DNA of 64,000 nucleotides, taken from assembly GCA_028702495.1 (NCBI GenBank), contig JAQVOS010000002.1, forward strand, positions 39-64,038, given 5' to 3'. Within the stretch, counting starts at the first letter, position 1. Every line of letters starts with the position of its first letter. Below the pieces are notes generated by a model. It ran no database searches and had not been told where the DNA came from. It saw nothing but the letters and a program-made list of their open reading frames with translations. Of the stretch, positions 1 through 9,831 are shown one piece after another. The position numbers and the translations under genes were made by a program. The DNA comes from Bacilli bacterium. GTDB taxonomy: Bacteria; Bacillota_I; Bacilli_A; ML615J-28; CAG-698.

Positions 1-111
1 GTAATTTTGCATATTCATACATATCCCGAGCATCTTCAGGAGTAATTTCGCGTAAAATTAATCGTTTCGTTTCAATAAATGGTAATTCGATTTGCATAAA
101 CATCAGCCTTC

Positions 112-888
112 CTATTCAATTGCTTGGATGCTTTTTATATGGATGGGGCAAAGTGTTTTATCATCTACCTCAACTAAAATCGCATTAAACCGACTTTTTC
201 CATCATTCTCGGGGGTAAAAACATCCTTTGTTTGATGTAAATAACGATTGATGATGATTTCTTTTTTCATGCCTATAATCCCATCAAGGGGACCTGTCAT
301 TCCAACATCGGTGATATAAGCGGAGCCTTTTGGAAGAAGTCGTGCATCTGCTGTTGGTACATGCGTATGTGTGCCAAAAATAATCTGAACACGGCCATCA
401 AAATAATGAGCATAAGCAACTTTTTCGCTAGTCGCTTCCGCATGAAAATCACAAATATAAAGATCACTCGGTACTTGTTTTAAGAGTTCTTCTGTTTTCT
501 CGAAAGGAGAAGCATTTCCTTCCCCCATAAATACCGTTCCAATCATTTGAAATACCGTGATTTTTAGTCCATTGTAATTAATAGTAGTATATCCTCTACC
601 TGGGGCTTTTTCAGGAAAATTATAAGGTCGTACTAAATTAGGGGTTGATTCAATAAATTCGAGAATGGCCTTATTATGGTATGAATGATTTCCTAACGTG
701 ACGACATGAACTCCGAGAGACAAAAACCACTTAAAATGCTTCTCATTGAGACCCCGCCCATGAGAAGTATTTTCACCATTTACGATGATAAAATTGACTT
801 TGTGTTGCTCACGAATTCTTTTTAAATTGCGCTCGAAACTTTCACGTCCTAATTTTGAAAAAACGTCACCCACAATGAGGATTACCAT
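112..888 (-). CDS. ymdB: YmdB-like metallophosphoesterase (2',3'-cyclic-nucleotide 2'-phosphodiesterase family, TIGR00282). The true start is the internal ATG at 886-888, not the ORF-track start at 990
   Basis: Characteristic N-terminus MVILIVGDVFSKLGR, then GNHSYH and GTHTHVPTAD metal-binding motifs. RBS AAGGTGA lies 6 nt upstream of the ATG at 888. The residues before it in the track ORF have no RBS. Confidence 0.8.
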   Translation of the reverse strand: MVILIVGDVFSKLGRESFERNLKRIREQHKVNFIIVNGENTSHGRGLNEKHFKWFLSLGVHVVTLGNHSYHNKAILEFIESTPNLVRPYNFPEKAPGRGYTTINYNGLKITVFQMIGTVFMGEGNASPFEKTEELLKQVPSDLYICDFHAEATSEKVAYAHYFDGRVQIIFGTHTHVPTADARLLPKGSAYITDVGMTGPLDGIIGMKKEIIINRYLHQTKDVFTPENDGKSRFNAILVEVDDKTLCPIHIKSIQAIE

Positions 889-1023
889 AAAATCACCTTG
901 GTTTATTATAACCAAAAATTGGGGAATTGTCAAACGAAAGGAAACAAAAAAAAGACTTTGAACCTTTAAATAAATATAAAAATGCCCCATACGTTTAGGT
1001 ATGGGACATGTGATTAATCATTA

Positions 1024-3354
1024 TTAGCTTCTTGGTTTAGCATCAAATTGTAAGAAAGTCAATTGAGTGCCAGCAACAGAGAAGATACTAGCAAGAGCAA
1101 TCTTGTCTTGGCTGGTCATTGGATCCCATGCAAACCCACCAGCAGGAATTACTAAATGATCTGGCAACGTATAGACGCCATCACCATCAGCATCATGAAT
1201 AGCAATAAGAGATGGTTCAATGTATGTTGGACCAAATCCAACAACTACTTTTGCTGTAGCATCAGCGACAAAGGCAAATCTCCAGGCACTAATCGCGAAT
1301 GCACATTCACGAATTAATGTCGTTCCATTGACGTCAACGGATCTAGTACTTCCCTTGTAGTTCAAGTATGTTAATGGCATCTTGATATCTTTACTAGTAT
1401 TATTAATAAATAATCCACCTTGATAGTTGGCATGAATGTTAACACCATTGACTGATCTTACTTTAACTGCAGAGTTGAATAGAGTCATTTCACCATTTTC
1501 ATCAACGGTAACACCACCATCAACACCTTCATTAATAACAAATGTGTAAGAAGCATTTCCAAAATATTGATAACGAGTGACTACACCAGTAACTGAATCA
1601 GTCACATCAACATAGTATGTATAACCAGACCATGTCATTGTAGTGCTGGCATCATTGGCAGGATCACCTGAAGCTAGATCGTCTTGTGAGAATTGATGTA
1701 ATTCATCATATGGTTGAGTAGGATTGGTGACACCACTACGCACGTTGAAACGTCCACCCACATAGAGAGTGTTTTGAAGTTCAGCGACACCGACATTGAC
1801 ACCAACTTCTGCTGTAGCTGTTTCAGCACCAATGGTCACTGCATAAGTCATTTGAACTTGGTGATAACGTAAATATTGTTTTAGAAGTGTCCATGATCCA
1901 TCAAATAATCCAACTTCTGGACAAGTCCACGTAATGGCAGTATCTTTATAAGTTCCATCTCCACCAATAGTGGCTGGAAGAGGAATCACGTTTCCGCCAT
2001 CACGATCTTTTAGACCATATGGGAAGTAACTTGGGAATGTTTCAGCTTCAAACTTATTGCTTAAGTCAAACATAACTCTTTGAAGATCGCTGGTTGCAGG
2101 ATTAACTGTAACTGTGATTTCATAAGTTTCAGTAAAGTTCTTATCTTCAGCATTTCCAACATAAGTAATCGTACCAGTTAATGTTACGACGGTTTGAGTT
2201 GCTAGATATGGATCCATTTTACCTCTTACGGATAATGCAGTTTCATTACTAGATGCCCAAGAAATGGTAGCACCAAACTTAGCACTAATAACAGGAAGTG
2301 TTACATTTTCACCGTTTAAGGTAATGGTTGCTGCTGGCAATTCATTAGCAATCATGTATTCCATTTTTTCTGCTTGTGTGTAACCTTTGGCTACCATGTT
2401 ATGTCTAGTAACACCAGTAACGCCACCGCAAACATAATAAGCTTCTAAGGTAACATCTGTATCATCAGATGGTCTCTTATATTCAACAGCGGTACGAACT
2501 ATTTCACCATCGACATAAGCATCATTCACTTTCATGACGGTTGTCATAGATGATGTCCAAGAAATGACAACATCTTTACCAAAAGTATCAGTAGAACCAT
2601 TGAGTGCATAAGCTTCAACCAAAGTGGTTGGAAGAATGATGTCATCAGTAACATCAGCTTCTGCTAGGTATTCTGCGAGTTCTGCTTTTGCAGCTTCAAT
2701 TGCTGTGAATTCGTTCACATCAACATCATCAACAATTTTAAGTGTTAGTTGAAACTCAATTGTTGTATCATCATCGTATGTTAAAACGCATTTGATTGTT
2801 TCAATTGAATCGGCAACATAATCATAATTATAACGATCCCACGCAAGGACATTATCGTCGACATCATAATAATCAGCATCGATTAATTCGTTTGGATATA
2901 CTGGGAAAGTGAAAGTCTCAGCAACATATGCAGGTGTATTTTGCTTAATATATTGCATTGCATTAAAAAGGACTTTTGCTTCATCAGTATCTTCATAAAC
3001 TTTTATTTCGATTTTGTTTTTAACTGCTGGGTTCATAGTCGAAGTTGCAGTAATGGTGGTTGTTCCACCTTTGTGACCAGTTACTTTACCATCTTGATCA
3101 ACAGTTGCAATCGATGTATCTTTTGAAGACCAAGTAACTGTTTTCACTGCATCTGCAGGGACTACTTCAACGCTTAATTCCATTGGATCGCCACCTAATA
3201 AGACTCCGTTTTCACCAATGAAAGTGTCTGCAAACACTTCGAGTGATGTTGGAGCGATAGGTTCTGGCTCTGGTTCTGGTTTACATGCAGCAAGGAAAAT
3301 TGCAGCAAATGCAAAAACCAAGACAATTAACCATTTTCTTGTTTTAGTTAACAT
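1024..3354 (-). CDS. Large surface lipoprotein (775 aa). Signal peptide with lipobox LAAC, an EPEPEP linker and one Big_2 (bacterial Ig-like) domain. The rest has no recognisable domain
   Basis: N-terminus MLTKTRKWLIVLVFAFAAIFLAAC and a Big_2-like stretch VKTVTWSSKDTSIATVDQDGKVTGHKGGTTTITATS. RBS GAGGAGG before the ATG. Confidence 0.7.
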   Translation of the reverse strand: MLTKTRKWLIVLVFAFAAIFLAACKPEPEPEPIAPTSLEVFADTFIGENGVLLGGDPMELSVEVVPADAVKTVTWSSKDTSIATVDQDGKVTGHKGGTTTITATSTMNPAVKNKIEIKVYEDTDEAKVLFNAMQYIKQNTPAYVAETFTFPVYPNELIDADYYDVDDNVLAWDRYNYDYVADSIETIKCVLTYDDDTTIEFQLTLKIVDDVDVNEFTAIEAAKAELAEYLAEADVTDDIILPTTLVEAYALNGSTDTFGKDVVISWTSSMTTVMKVNDAYVDGEIVRTAVEYKRPSDDTDVTLEAYYVCGGVTGVTRHNMVAKGYTQAEKMEYMIANELPAATITLNGENVTLPVISAKFGATISWASSNETALSVRGKMDPYLATQTVVTLTGTITYVGNAEDKNFTETYEITVTVNPATSDLQRVMFDLSNKFEAETFPSYFPYGLKDRDGGNVIPLPATIGGDGTYKDTAITWTCPEVGLFDGSWTLLKQYLRYHQVQMTYAVTIGAETATAEVGVNVGVAELQNTLYVGGRFNVRSGVTNPTQPYDELHQFSQDDLASGDPANDASTTMTWSGYTYYVDVTDSVTGVVTRYQYFGNASYTFVINEGVDGGVTVDENGEMTLFNSAVKVRSVNGVNIHANYQGGLFINNTSKDIKMPLTYLNYKGSTRSVDVNGTTLIRECAFAISAWRFAFVADATAKVVVGFGPTYIEPSLIAIHDADGDGVYTLPDHLVIPAGGFAWDPMTSQDKIALASIFSVAGTQLTFLQFDAKPRS

Positions 3355-3423
3355 TGAAACCTCCTCAATTCTTTCAATATTATTGTATTTTTTATGCAGA
3401 TTTAAATACTTAAATCCGAATAT

Positions 3424-3452
3424 ATTTTAAACCATTTGTTCAAAAAAGTCAA
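3424..3452 (-). promoter_or_regulatory. Sigma-A-type promoter for the 1024..3354 lipoprotein gene (-35 TTGACT, 17-nt spacer, -10 TAAAAT)
   Basis: Minus-strand reading TTGACTtttttgaacaaatggttTAAAAT, about 60 nt upstream of the GAGGAGG RBS and ATG. Confidence 0.55.
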
Positions 3453-3584
3453 TATTAATTAAAAACGTTTACAATTTTTTTGTGATACTCTTTAATAATA
3501 CAAACAAACTAACAAAAATTATTAAATGAACCAGACAAAAATCGTAATATTTTGACATTGACTTTTTTAAATGGCGGTTTAACC

Positions 3585-4979
3585 CTAAATCACTTTCCCG
3601 GGATTTAAAATCGCATTGGGATCGAATACTTTTTTAATACCTCGCATAATTTCGATTTGCGTATCTCCAAGAATGCGACGCATGTACTCTTTCTTGGCAT
3701 AACCAATGCCATGTTCTCCAGAAACGAGTCCACCCATTTCTTTGGCTTTGTCGTACATCTCATCGAACACACGAGTAAGTAAGCTTTTCCATTCCGTATC
3801 AGCAATGTTGTCTTTACAAATGTAAATATGAAGATTTCCATCACCCGCATGTCCAAAGGATGGAATGCGAACATTATACTTATGACTGCAATCATGAGTA
3901 AAGGCAATGTAATCCGCAATTTTATCACGAGGAACAACAACATCACATTCATCCATTAAAGTGGTTGAGGCTTTAATGGCTTCAAGGAAGGCTCCACGAG
4001 CTTTCCAAACATCGTCTTTTCGTTCTTGGGTATCAACAATTAAGACATCCAGTGCTCCAAGTTCATTTAACGCGAGCTCAGCCGCACGATGAGATTGCTT
4101 TTGAATATCCTCATCGCTTGATCCATCAAAGGTTAATAAGATATAAGCATCATATCGTCTTTCAGGAAATTTCTTCCCCAAAAAATCTTCGGCAAAGCCG
4201 ATGGTATTTCGATCAAAGAATTCAATCGCTGTTGGAGCAAGTGTTGATTGTAATATTTTAGGAACGCTAAAGATGGCATCTCTTGCTGTTTCAAAAGGAA
4301 CGAGTAAACTGATGGCTTTTTCTGGCAATGGAATCAGTTTAAGGAAGAGTTTTGTAATAATGGCTAAAGTTCCTTCAGAGCCAATCACAAGATCTTTCAA
4401 GGCATATCCGGTGGAATTTTTCGCAACAATCCGTCCAAATTGGGTGATTTCACCACTTGGAAGAACGACTTCCATGGCTTTTACCCAATCACGTGTTACA
4501 CCATATTTGACGGCTCGCATTCCTCCAGCATTGGTTGCAACATTTCCACCGATGGTAGCTGTTTTTTCACCTGGATCAGGAGCATAAAAATACCCCTTCT
4601 TTTCTACAAATTCATAGATATTCATGAGTAGGACACCTGGTTCTACTTCAAGAACAAGATTTTTCTCATCAATACCAATGATGCGATTCATCTTAGTCAT
4701 ATCGAGTAATATTCCATGTTCAATGGGAACACAAGCCCCCACAAGTCCCGTTCCACTTCCGCGAACGGTTACGGGGATTAAGTGTTGATTGGCGTATGCC
4801 ATAATTCGGGAAATTTCTATAGCTGATTCAACCTTGATGAGAACATCCGGAGTACTTCGGACGGTTCCTAGTTCATCTTTGGCGTAGTCCTCACTGATAA
4901 AATCGTGAGTAATAACATCCATTTCTCCAACAATGGATTGAAGATATCGAATATCTTCTGGTCCAATTTTATGATACAT
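3585..4979 (-). CDS. FAD-linked oxidase (GlcD / D-lactate dehydrogenase family), the LctD-like dehydrogenase subunit of an Etf-dependent lactate dehydrogenase. The true start is the ATG at 4977-4979
   Basis: FAD-binding domain GSGTGLVGACVP and FAD-oxidase C-terminal features. RBS GGGGGTGA lies upstream of the internal ATG (M29 of the track ORF). ATGA overlap with the etfA stop. Gene order etfB-etfA-glcD. Confidence 0.8.
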   Translation of the reverse strand: MYHKIGPEDIRYLQSIVGEMDVITHDFISEDYAKDELGTVRSTPDVLIKVESAIEISRIMAYANQHLIPVTVRGSGTGLVGACVPIEHGILLDMTKMNRIIGIDEKNLVLEVEPGVLLMNIYEFVEKKGYFYAPDPGEKTATIGGNVATNAGGMRAVKYGVTRDWVKAMEVVLPSGEITQFGRIVAKNSTGYALKDLVIGSEGTLAIITKLFLKLIPLPEKAISLLVPFETARDAIFSVPKILQSTLAPTAIEFFDRNTIGFAEDFLGKKFPERRYDAYILLTFDGSSDEDIQKQSHRAAELALNELGALDVLIVDTQERKDDVWKARGAFLEAIKASTTLMDECDVVVPRDKIADYIAFTHDCSHKYNVRIPSFGHAGDGNLHIYICKDNIADTEWKSLLTRVFDEMYDKAKEMGGLVSGEHGIGYAKKEYMRRILGDTQIEIMRGIKKVFDPNAILNPGKVI

Positions 4980-6169
4980 CAATTCACCCCCTTGATTTCT
5001 TTGATTTCTTTTATCAGTTGAGGGAGAATTTTGAAAGCATCCCCAACGAGTCCATAATGACAAATATCGAAAATCGATGCACTTTTATCTTGGTTAATCG
5101 AGAAGATGGTTTGAGCCCCTCTCATTCCTGCAGTGAATTGCACGGCTCCACTAATACCCAAAGTAATTAGTAATTTGGGAGCAACGGTTCTTCCACTGAG
5201 TCCAATCTGTTTTTTTGCATCCATGAGCCCACATTCAATTAGTGGTCGTGTACAAGCAAGTTGACCTCCTAAGAGGGTGGCTAATTCTTCGGCTAAGGCC
5301 AAATCTTCTTTGGTTTTAAAAGCTCTTCCAACCGCAACAAGAACTTCCGCCTCACTAATATCCACTACTTTTTCTTTTAGCTTTACTTCGAGTAAAGTAG
5401 CACTCGCTTTAAGTGAAAAGCCAATGGGCATACGAATGATTTTCCCAGTTGGATTTTGTTTTTGTGGCATTGGAAATATTTTATAACGAACGGTTGCCAT
5501 TTGCGGTCTCGTGTTGGGACATACAATGGAAGCCATGATATTGCCCCCAAAAGCAGGCCGATTTTGGATGAGATCAGTGTTTTCTTTCATTCCTAGAATG
5601 GTGCAGTCTGCTGTCAAGCCAGTATGAAAGCGAGCAGCGACTCTTGGCGCAAAACTTCTTCCAGTGGAAGTCCCTCCATATAGGACGACTGAGGGTTTAA
5701 TGCGCTTGATGAAATCTTCCATACAATTGGTATACTTTTCAACATTGAAATGATAGAGTTCTGAATGTTCATAAATATAGAGTTCATCAACGCCATAAGA
5801 TAAGATTTCTTGTTCAAAAGCACTTGCATCTTGACACATAAGGATTGCCATGACGGAGTGATGTGTCACTTTTGCGAGTTCTTTCGCTTTTCCAATCAGT
5901 TCGAAACTGACAGGATGGATTTCATGGCCATCATGTTCCATGAAAACAGCAATACCTCTCCAAACATTTTTATCAATACCAGGAACATTCTCTTCTTCAA
6001 AAGTGATAGCTCCTTGAGGTCCACGTTTCACGCATAATTTACACATCCGGCAAGCCGAATTGATGTATAAATCATCATTATATTCAATTGCTCCAAAAGG
6101 ACAGACTTTGAGTAGTTGTGCAATCACTTCTGGATTTAATTTTTCTTTATGAATCACTAGTTTTCCCAT
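4979..6169 (-). CDS. etfA: Electron transfer flavoprotein alpha subunit with an N-terminal ferredoxin-like [4Fe-4S] domain (LctC/FixB-like)
   Basis: Cys cluster CPFG...CRMCKLC in the first 50 aa, then an Etf alpha FAD-binding domain (SGAVQFTAGM...). Confidence 0.85.
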   Translation of the reverse strand: MGKLVIHKEKLNPEVIAQLLKVCPFGAIEYNDDLYINSACRMCKLCVKRGPQGAITFEEENVPGIDKNVWRGIAVFMEHDGHEIHPVSFELIGKAKELAKVTHHSVMAILMCQDASAFEQEILSYGVDELYIYEHSELYHFNVEKYTNCMEDFIKRIKPSVVLYGGTSTGRSFAPRVAARFHTGLTADCTILGMKENTDLIQNRPAFGGNIMASIVCPNTRPQMATVRYKIFPMPQKQNPTGKIIRMPIGFSLKASATLLEVKLKEKVVDISEAEVLVAVGRAFKTKEDLALAEELATLLGGQLACTRPLIECGLMDAKKQIGLSGRTVAPKLLITLGISGAVQFTAGMRGAQTIFSINQDKSASIFDICHYGLVGDAFKILPQLIKEIKEIKGVN

Positions 6170-6177
6170 GGTGCCAC

Positions 6178-6966
6178 CTATAACAACTTCAAGTCACGGA
6201 GTTTACTTGCCATGATTTGTGCCAAATCTTCTTGTTCCCACATCACTTTTTCAGTGTTTTTTGTTGGAGGAAACATCCGTTCAACTTGGGTTGGAGAACC
6301 CATTAATCCATAATGAGTTGCATCCGAATCAATCATATCTTGAATCGTGAGTTGGCGAATAGGTTGGTTTGCGAACTCAAGACTTCTCTTATATGAGGGA
6401 AGTCGTGGAGTGAAAATTCCTTTATCGACGGTAATGAGACAAGGAAATTGAATTTCCCAAATCTCAACGGTTTTATCCATACTGATGGATACGACCATGG
6501 ATTTTTCTTTGACTTCAATAATTTTATCGACATAAGCGATGTGGGGAATGCGTAAACATTCCGCAATTTCTGGCCCGACTTGAGCCGTATCTCCATCGGT
6601 GGTTTGTTTCCCACAAATGATTAGATCAAATTCTCCCATGGCTTTAATACCTTGTGAAAGGGTATAAGAGGTTGCAACAACATCTGCTCCTGCAAATTTA
6701 CGATCCGTTAATAATGCTGCTTCATCGCATCCCATCCAAATGGATTCCTTAAGGACGGTGGTAGCAGAAGGGGGGCCCATGGTAATCGTTGAGACCTTGG
6801 CTCCAGTTTGTTCTTTAATGCGAAGGGCTGTTTCAATGGCATAGAGATCGTAGGGGTTCATTTTTGTGTTGTTACCATCACGAATGAGAACCCCTGTGAT
6901 AGGATCGACCTTCACATCAGAACTTGCAGGGACTTGTTTTATGCAAGTTAGAATATTCATAGACAC
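6178..6966 (-). CDS. etfB: Electron transfer flavoprotein beta subunit (LctB/FixA-like)
   Basis: Typical EtfB N-terminus ILTCIKQVP...VKVDP and overall length. Immediately upstream of etfA. Confidence 0.85.
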   Translation of the reverse strand: MSMNILTCIKQVPASSDVKVDPITGVLIRDGNNTKMNPYDLYAIETALRIKEQTGAKVSTITMGPPSATTVLKESIWMGCDEAALLTDRKFAGADVVATSYTLSQGIKAMGEFDLIICGKQTTDGDTAQVGPEIAECLRIPHIAYVDKIIEVKEKSMVVSISMDKTVEIWEIQFPCLITVDKGIFTPRLPSYKRSLEFANQPIRQLTIQDMIDSDATHYGLMGSPTQVERMFPPTKNTEKVMWEQEDLAQIMASKLRDLKLL

Positions 6967-7045
6967 ATAATCCTGAACTAATAAGATTTTCTTGTTAGCG
7001 TTTCCTTTCTTGTTTTCTTTCTTTTCGGTTCATCACACAATTATC

Positions 7046-7074
7046 ATTATATCACATTTTTTGCACTTTATCAA
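7046..7074 (-). promoter_or_regulatory. Sigma-A promoter for the etfB-etfA-glcD operon (-35 TTGATA, 17-nt spacer, extended -10 TGaTATAAT)
   Basis: Minus-strand reading TTGATAaagtgcaaaaaatgtgaTATAAT. A ~70-nt purine-rich leader follows before the etfB ATG. Confidence 0.6.
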
Positions 7075-7808
7075 AACAGTTGTTTTAAAAATGCCATTGA
7101 TTGTTCGAGCAATTGCGTTTTCGAAGGTTCTTCATCATATCCATGACCCGATTCATTTACGATATGAAGCCTGGAATTGGGGAATTTGACTGTATAGGTT
7201 ACCCCTGTCAAATAAGGGACAGCTTTATCTTGACGTCCATGAATCACTAAAACGGGTTTTTCGAATGATTCACATTCACGGAAGGGATCAATATCAGCCA
7301 TGGAATCGATTAATTCTCCTGATAACTCAAACCCTGCTGAATATACATGACCATTTTCCATTTTTGGAGCAGCATCAAAACGCTCTTTCATTTTTTGATA
7401 CATCGTTCCTGCTGGGGACCATAATAGAAGGCGATCAATCGCAATTTCGTTGCACACAAGAGCAGCGATGGCACCTCCCATTGAAAATCCCATCAGAGAG
7501 ATGGTTTCAATCCCAGGAAAGTTTTTAGCCGTTTGAAGCATGAGTTTTGCATCTTCGATGGCTTCAAGATATGAGAATTCATAGAATTCACCATCAGATT
7601 CTCCATTACAACTGTAATCCATCCGTAGCGAAGCAATGCCTTGCTCATTCAAAAGACGTGACATGGTACGAAAATAGCCATTGTGTTCGGTTTTATTACC
7701 GGTATAGCCATGTAACATCACCACACAACGATTTGCTCCTTCGGGATGATCTAGATAGCCTCGTAACACGCGATTTTGCTTGTTTATGATTTCGATGTGT
7801 TGAATCAT
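7071..7808 (-). CDS. Alpha/beta-hydrolase-fold esterase or peptidase (S9/BD-FAE-like)
   Basis: Nucleophile-elbow motif GFSMGG, HGYTGN and the catalytic His near the C-terminus (ESGHGY). Its start overlaps the murQ stop by 4 nt. Confidence 0.7.
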   Translation of the reverse strand: MIQHIEIINKQNRVLRGYLDHPEGANRCVVMLHGYTGNKTEHNGYFRTMSRLLNEQGIASLRMDYSCNGESDGEFYEFSYLEAIEDAKLMLQTAKNFPGIETISLMGFSMGGAIAALVCNEIAIDRLLLWSPAGTMYQKMKERFDAAPKMENGHVYSAGFELSGELIDSMADIDPFRECESFEKPVLVIHGRQDKAVPYLTGVTYTVKFPNSRLHIVNESGHGYDEEPSKTQLLEQSMAFLKQLF

Positions 7809-8713
7809 TTTCCTGCCTCCTTGAGCGCTTTATGAATATTTCCGCCTGCAGCATTCAGGAATTGATCAATGGTTATTTCATCTTGAATCCCACTAAGTTG
7901 ACTAAAAAGAGCTTTTTTAACGGTGTGATATTTTTGTAGCAAAAGCGTTGCTTCTTCATTAGATATTTGAAGGGCTTCTTCAAGGATGGATTGCGCTCTT
8001 TTTACGAGTTTCTCATTGGTTGCTTGAACATCAATCATGAGGTTTTCATAGACCTTTCCCATTTTAATCATGGAAGCCGTTGATAGCATATTACAAATCA
8101 TCTTTTGCGCTGTTCCTGATTTCATTCGCGTTGATCCAGTTAAAGGTTCAGCACCCGTAATGGCTTCAATCGGATAAGAAACGAGTGATGCGAGCTCACT
8201 GTTTACTGATGTAACAATACAAGAAGTTAAGCACCCTAGCTTTTTCGCATATTCAATGCCACCAATGACATAAGGTGTTCTTCCTGAGGCGGCAATCCCG
8301 ATGACGATGTCGAGATTGGATAAATTAATGGCCTTAAGATCTTCAACTGCCATTACTTTATTGTCTTCAGCCCCTTCAACCGCTTTGACCATGGCTTTCA
8401 TGCCACCAGCCATAATGCATTGTACCATATCGGGGGAAACGGAGAAGGTGGGTTGACATTCGACTGCATCAATGAGCCCAATACGACCACTGGTCCCGGC
8501 TCCGAGATAAATCATACGCCCACCTGCTTCAAATGTTTTTACAATCGCATCGACTGTTTTTGCGATTTGAGGTAAAACTGCTTCGACGGCATAAGCGACG
8601 ATTTTATCTTCTTCATTCATAGCACGAACCATTTCTTCTGTGGACATTTGGTCAATGTGAATGGTTCTTAAATTTCTTTTTTCAGTTCCTATTTTTTTTA
8701 AATCGATGTTCAT
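7805..8713 (-). CDS. murQ: N-acetylmuramic acid 6-phosphate etherase
   Basis: SIS-domain protein with a MurQ-type N-terminus (TEKRNLRTIHIDQMSTEEMV), GAGTSGR and the conserved C-terminal region. Sits next to anmK. Confidence 0.85.
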   Translation of the reverse strand: MNIDLKKIGTEKRNLRTIHIDQMSTEEMVRAMNEEDKIVAYAVEAVLPQIAKTVDAIVKTFEAGGRMIYLGAGTSGRIGLIDAVECQPTFSVSPDMVQCIMAGGMKAMVKAVEGAEDNKVMAVEDLKAINLSNLDIVIGIAASGRTPYVIGGIEYAKKLGCLTSCIVTSVNSELASLVSYPIEAITGAEPLTGSTRMKSGTAQKMICNMLSTASMIKMGKVYENLMIDVQATNEKLVKRAQSILEEALQISNEEATLLLQKYHTVKKALFSQLSGIQDEITIDQFLNAAGGNIHKALKEAGK

Positions 8714-9831
8714 TCTTTTTGCTTTGGACTCGGTGTAATTTGACCTAAGACCACGGGCATTTTTGCACCTGTGGCGGAAGGAACATTACTTGGTTTTCCA
8801 CTTAAGGTCATGTATCCAAGGATGGCGAAAGCAACGGCTTCCTTGGCATCACTATTGAGTCCAAACTCCTCTCCTGTTATGATAGTGAACTGTGTTATTT
8901 CTCGAAGACGTTTTAAAATATAGTGATTATGACTTCCACCCCCACAAATAACCGCACAATCAATCTGCTTGATAAAATGTAGGTATTGATAGGCAATCGA
9001 GTAAGCTGTTAATTCGGTGATGGTTGCAATAATATCTTGAGGACGGTAATTCGCGAATTGATAAGTTTCACTGAGTGTTTCCATAAATTCTTGACTATAT
9101 TGCTCGCGTCCCGTTGATTTGGGAGGTATCCGAGTAATAAAAGCATCTTGTTTTAAATGGTTAAAAATAGTCTCTATCACATGTCCTGACAGGGCAATTT
9201 TACCATCTTCATCATAGGGTTTATTATAATATTTGTGAGTGAAGTAATCAATCATGATGTTTCCAACGCCACAATCGAATGATTTAACTTCCTCCATCGT
9301 TGCTCCAACGGGAATATATGTCAAGTTACTGATTCCCCCAATGTTTTGTAAAACAAGGTTTATGGGGGTATTACGATATAAATAGTATTCAGAGAAAGGG
9401 ACCAAAGGTGCTCCTTCTCCGCCAGCGGCGATATCCATCACTCGAAAATTCGACACAACTTGAATGTTGGTATGATAAGCAATGATGCTCGCTTCGCCAA
9501 TTTGTAGTGTTGAAGGAATTTGTCCTTTTGGATCATGCCATATGGTTTGTCCATGAGATGCAACAAAGGCGATGTCTTGATAGGTATAGGGGGTTCCTTG
9601 AAGCAGGTTGTCAATGGCTTTTACAAACCAATGTCCTAATTCAAAATTAAGCGTTGAGATTTCTGAAAGTTTGGCCGTTTTCACATTTAAATTGCGAAAA
9701 AGACGATTTTTAAAATCTTGATCGTAGGGAAGTGTATGAAATTTGATTAATTTTACTTCCTCTTGAATATCGACCAGAGCTGCATCGACACCATCAAGAG
9801 AGGTTCCACTCATTAATCCGATGGCTAACAT
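8710..9831 (-). CDS. anmK: Anhydro-N-acetylmuramic acid kinase
   Basis: N-terminus MLAIGLMSGTSLDGVDAALVDI is diagnostic of AnmK. 4-nt overlap with murQ. Confidence 0.85.
   Translation of the reverse strand: MLAIGLMSGTSLDGVDAALVDIQEEVKLIKFHTLPYDQDFKNRLFRNLNVKTAKLSEISTLNFELGHWFVKAIDNLLQGTPYTYQDIAFVASHGQTIWHDPKGQIPSTLQIGEASIIAYHTNIQVVSNFRVMDIAAGGEGAPLVPFSEYYLYRNTPINLVLQNIGGISNLTYIPVGATMEEVKSFDCGVGNIMIDYFTHKYYNKPYDEDGKIALSGHVIETIFNHLKQDAFITRIPPKSTGREQYSQEFMETLSETYQFANYRPQDIIATITELTAYSIAYQYLHFIKQIDCAVICGGGSHNHYILKRLREITQFTIITGEEFGLNSDAKEAVAFAILGYMTLSGKPSNVPSATGAKMPVVLGQITPSPKQKE

Noticed and set aside
2941-3126. Small ORFs antisense to or nested in large genes (2941..3126, 3605..3952, 4201..4587, 6333..6614, 10811..11086, 20539..20886, 24594..24881, 31993..32352, 43955..44209, 47989..48297, 53865..54302, 54680..55029, 56681..57024, 60365..60625 and similar)
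   Set aside because: They lie inside or opposite well-supported coding regions. They have no RBS and low-complexity or biased translations. They are best read as frame-shadow ORFs.
3585-5063. ORF-track N-terminal extensions on several genes (e.g. 3585..5063, 112..990, 57156..59846, 60405..61100, 33111..34958, 49562..50557, 35729..37072)
   Set aside because: In each case an internal ATG is preceded by a strong GGAGG or GGTGA-type RBS at 5-9 nt and begins the conserved or signal-peptide region. The upstream extension has no RBS and often overlaps the preceding gene. Trimmed starts were used instead.
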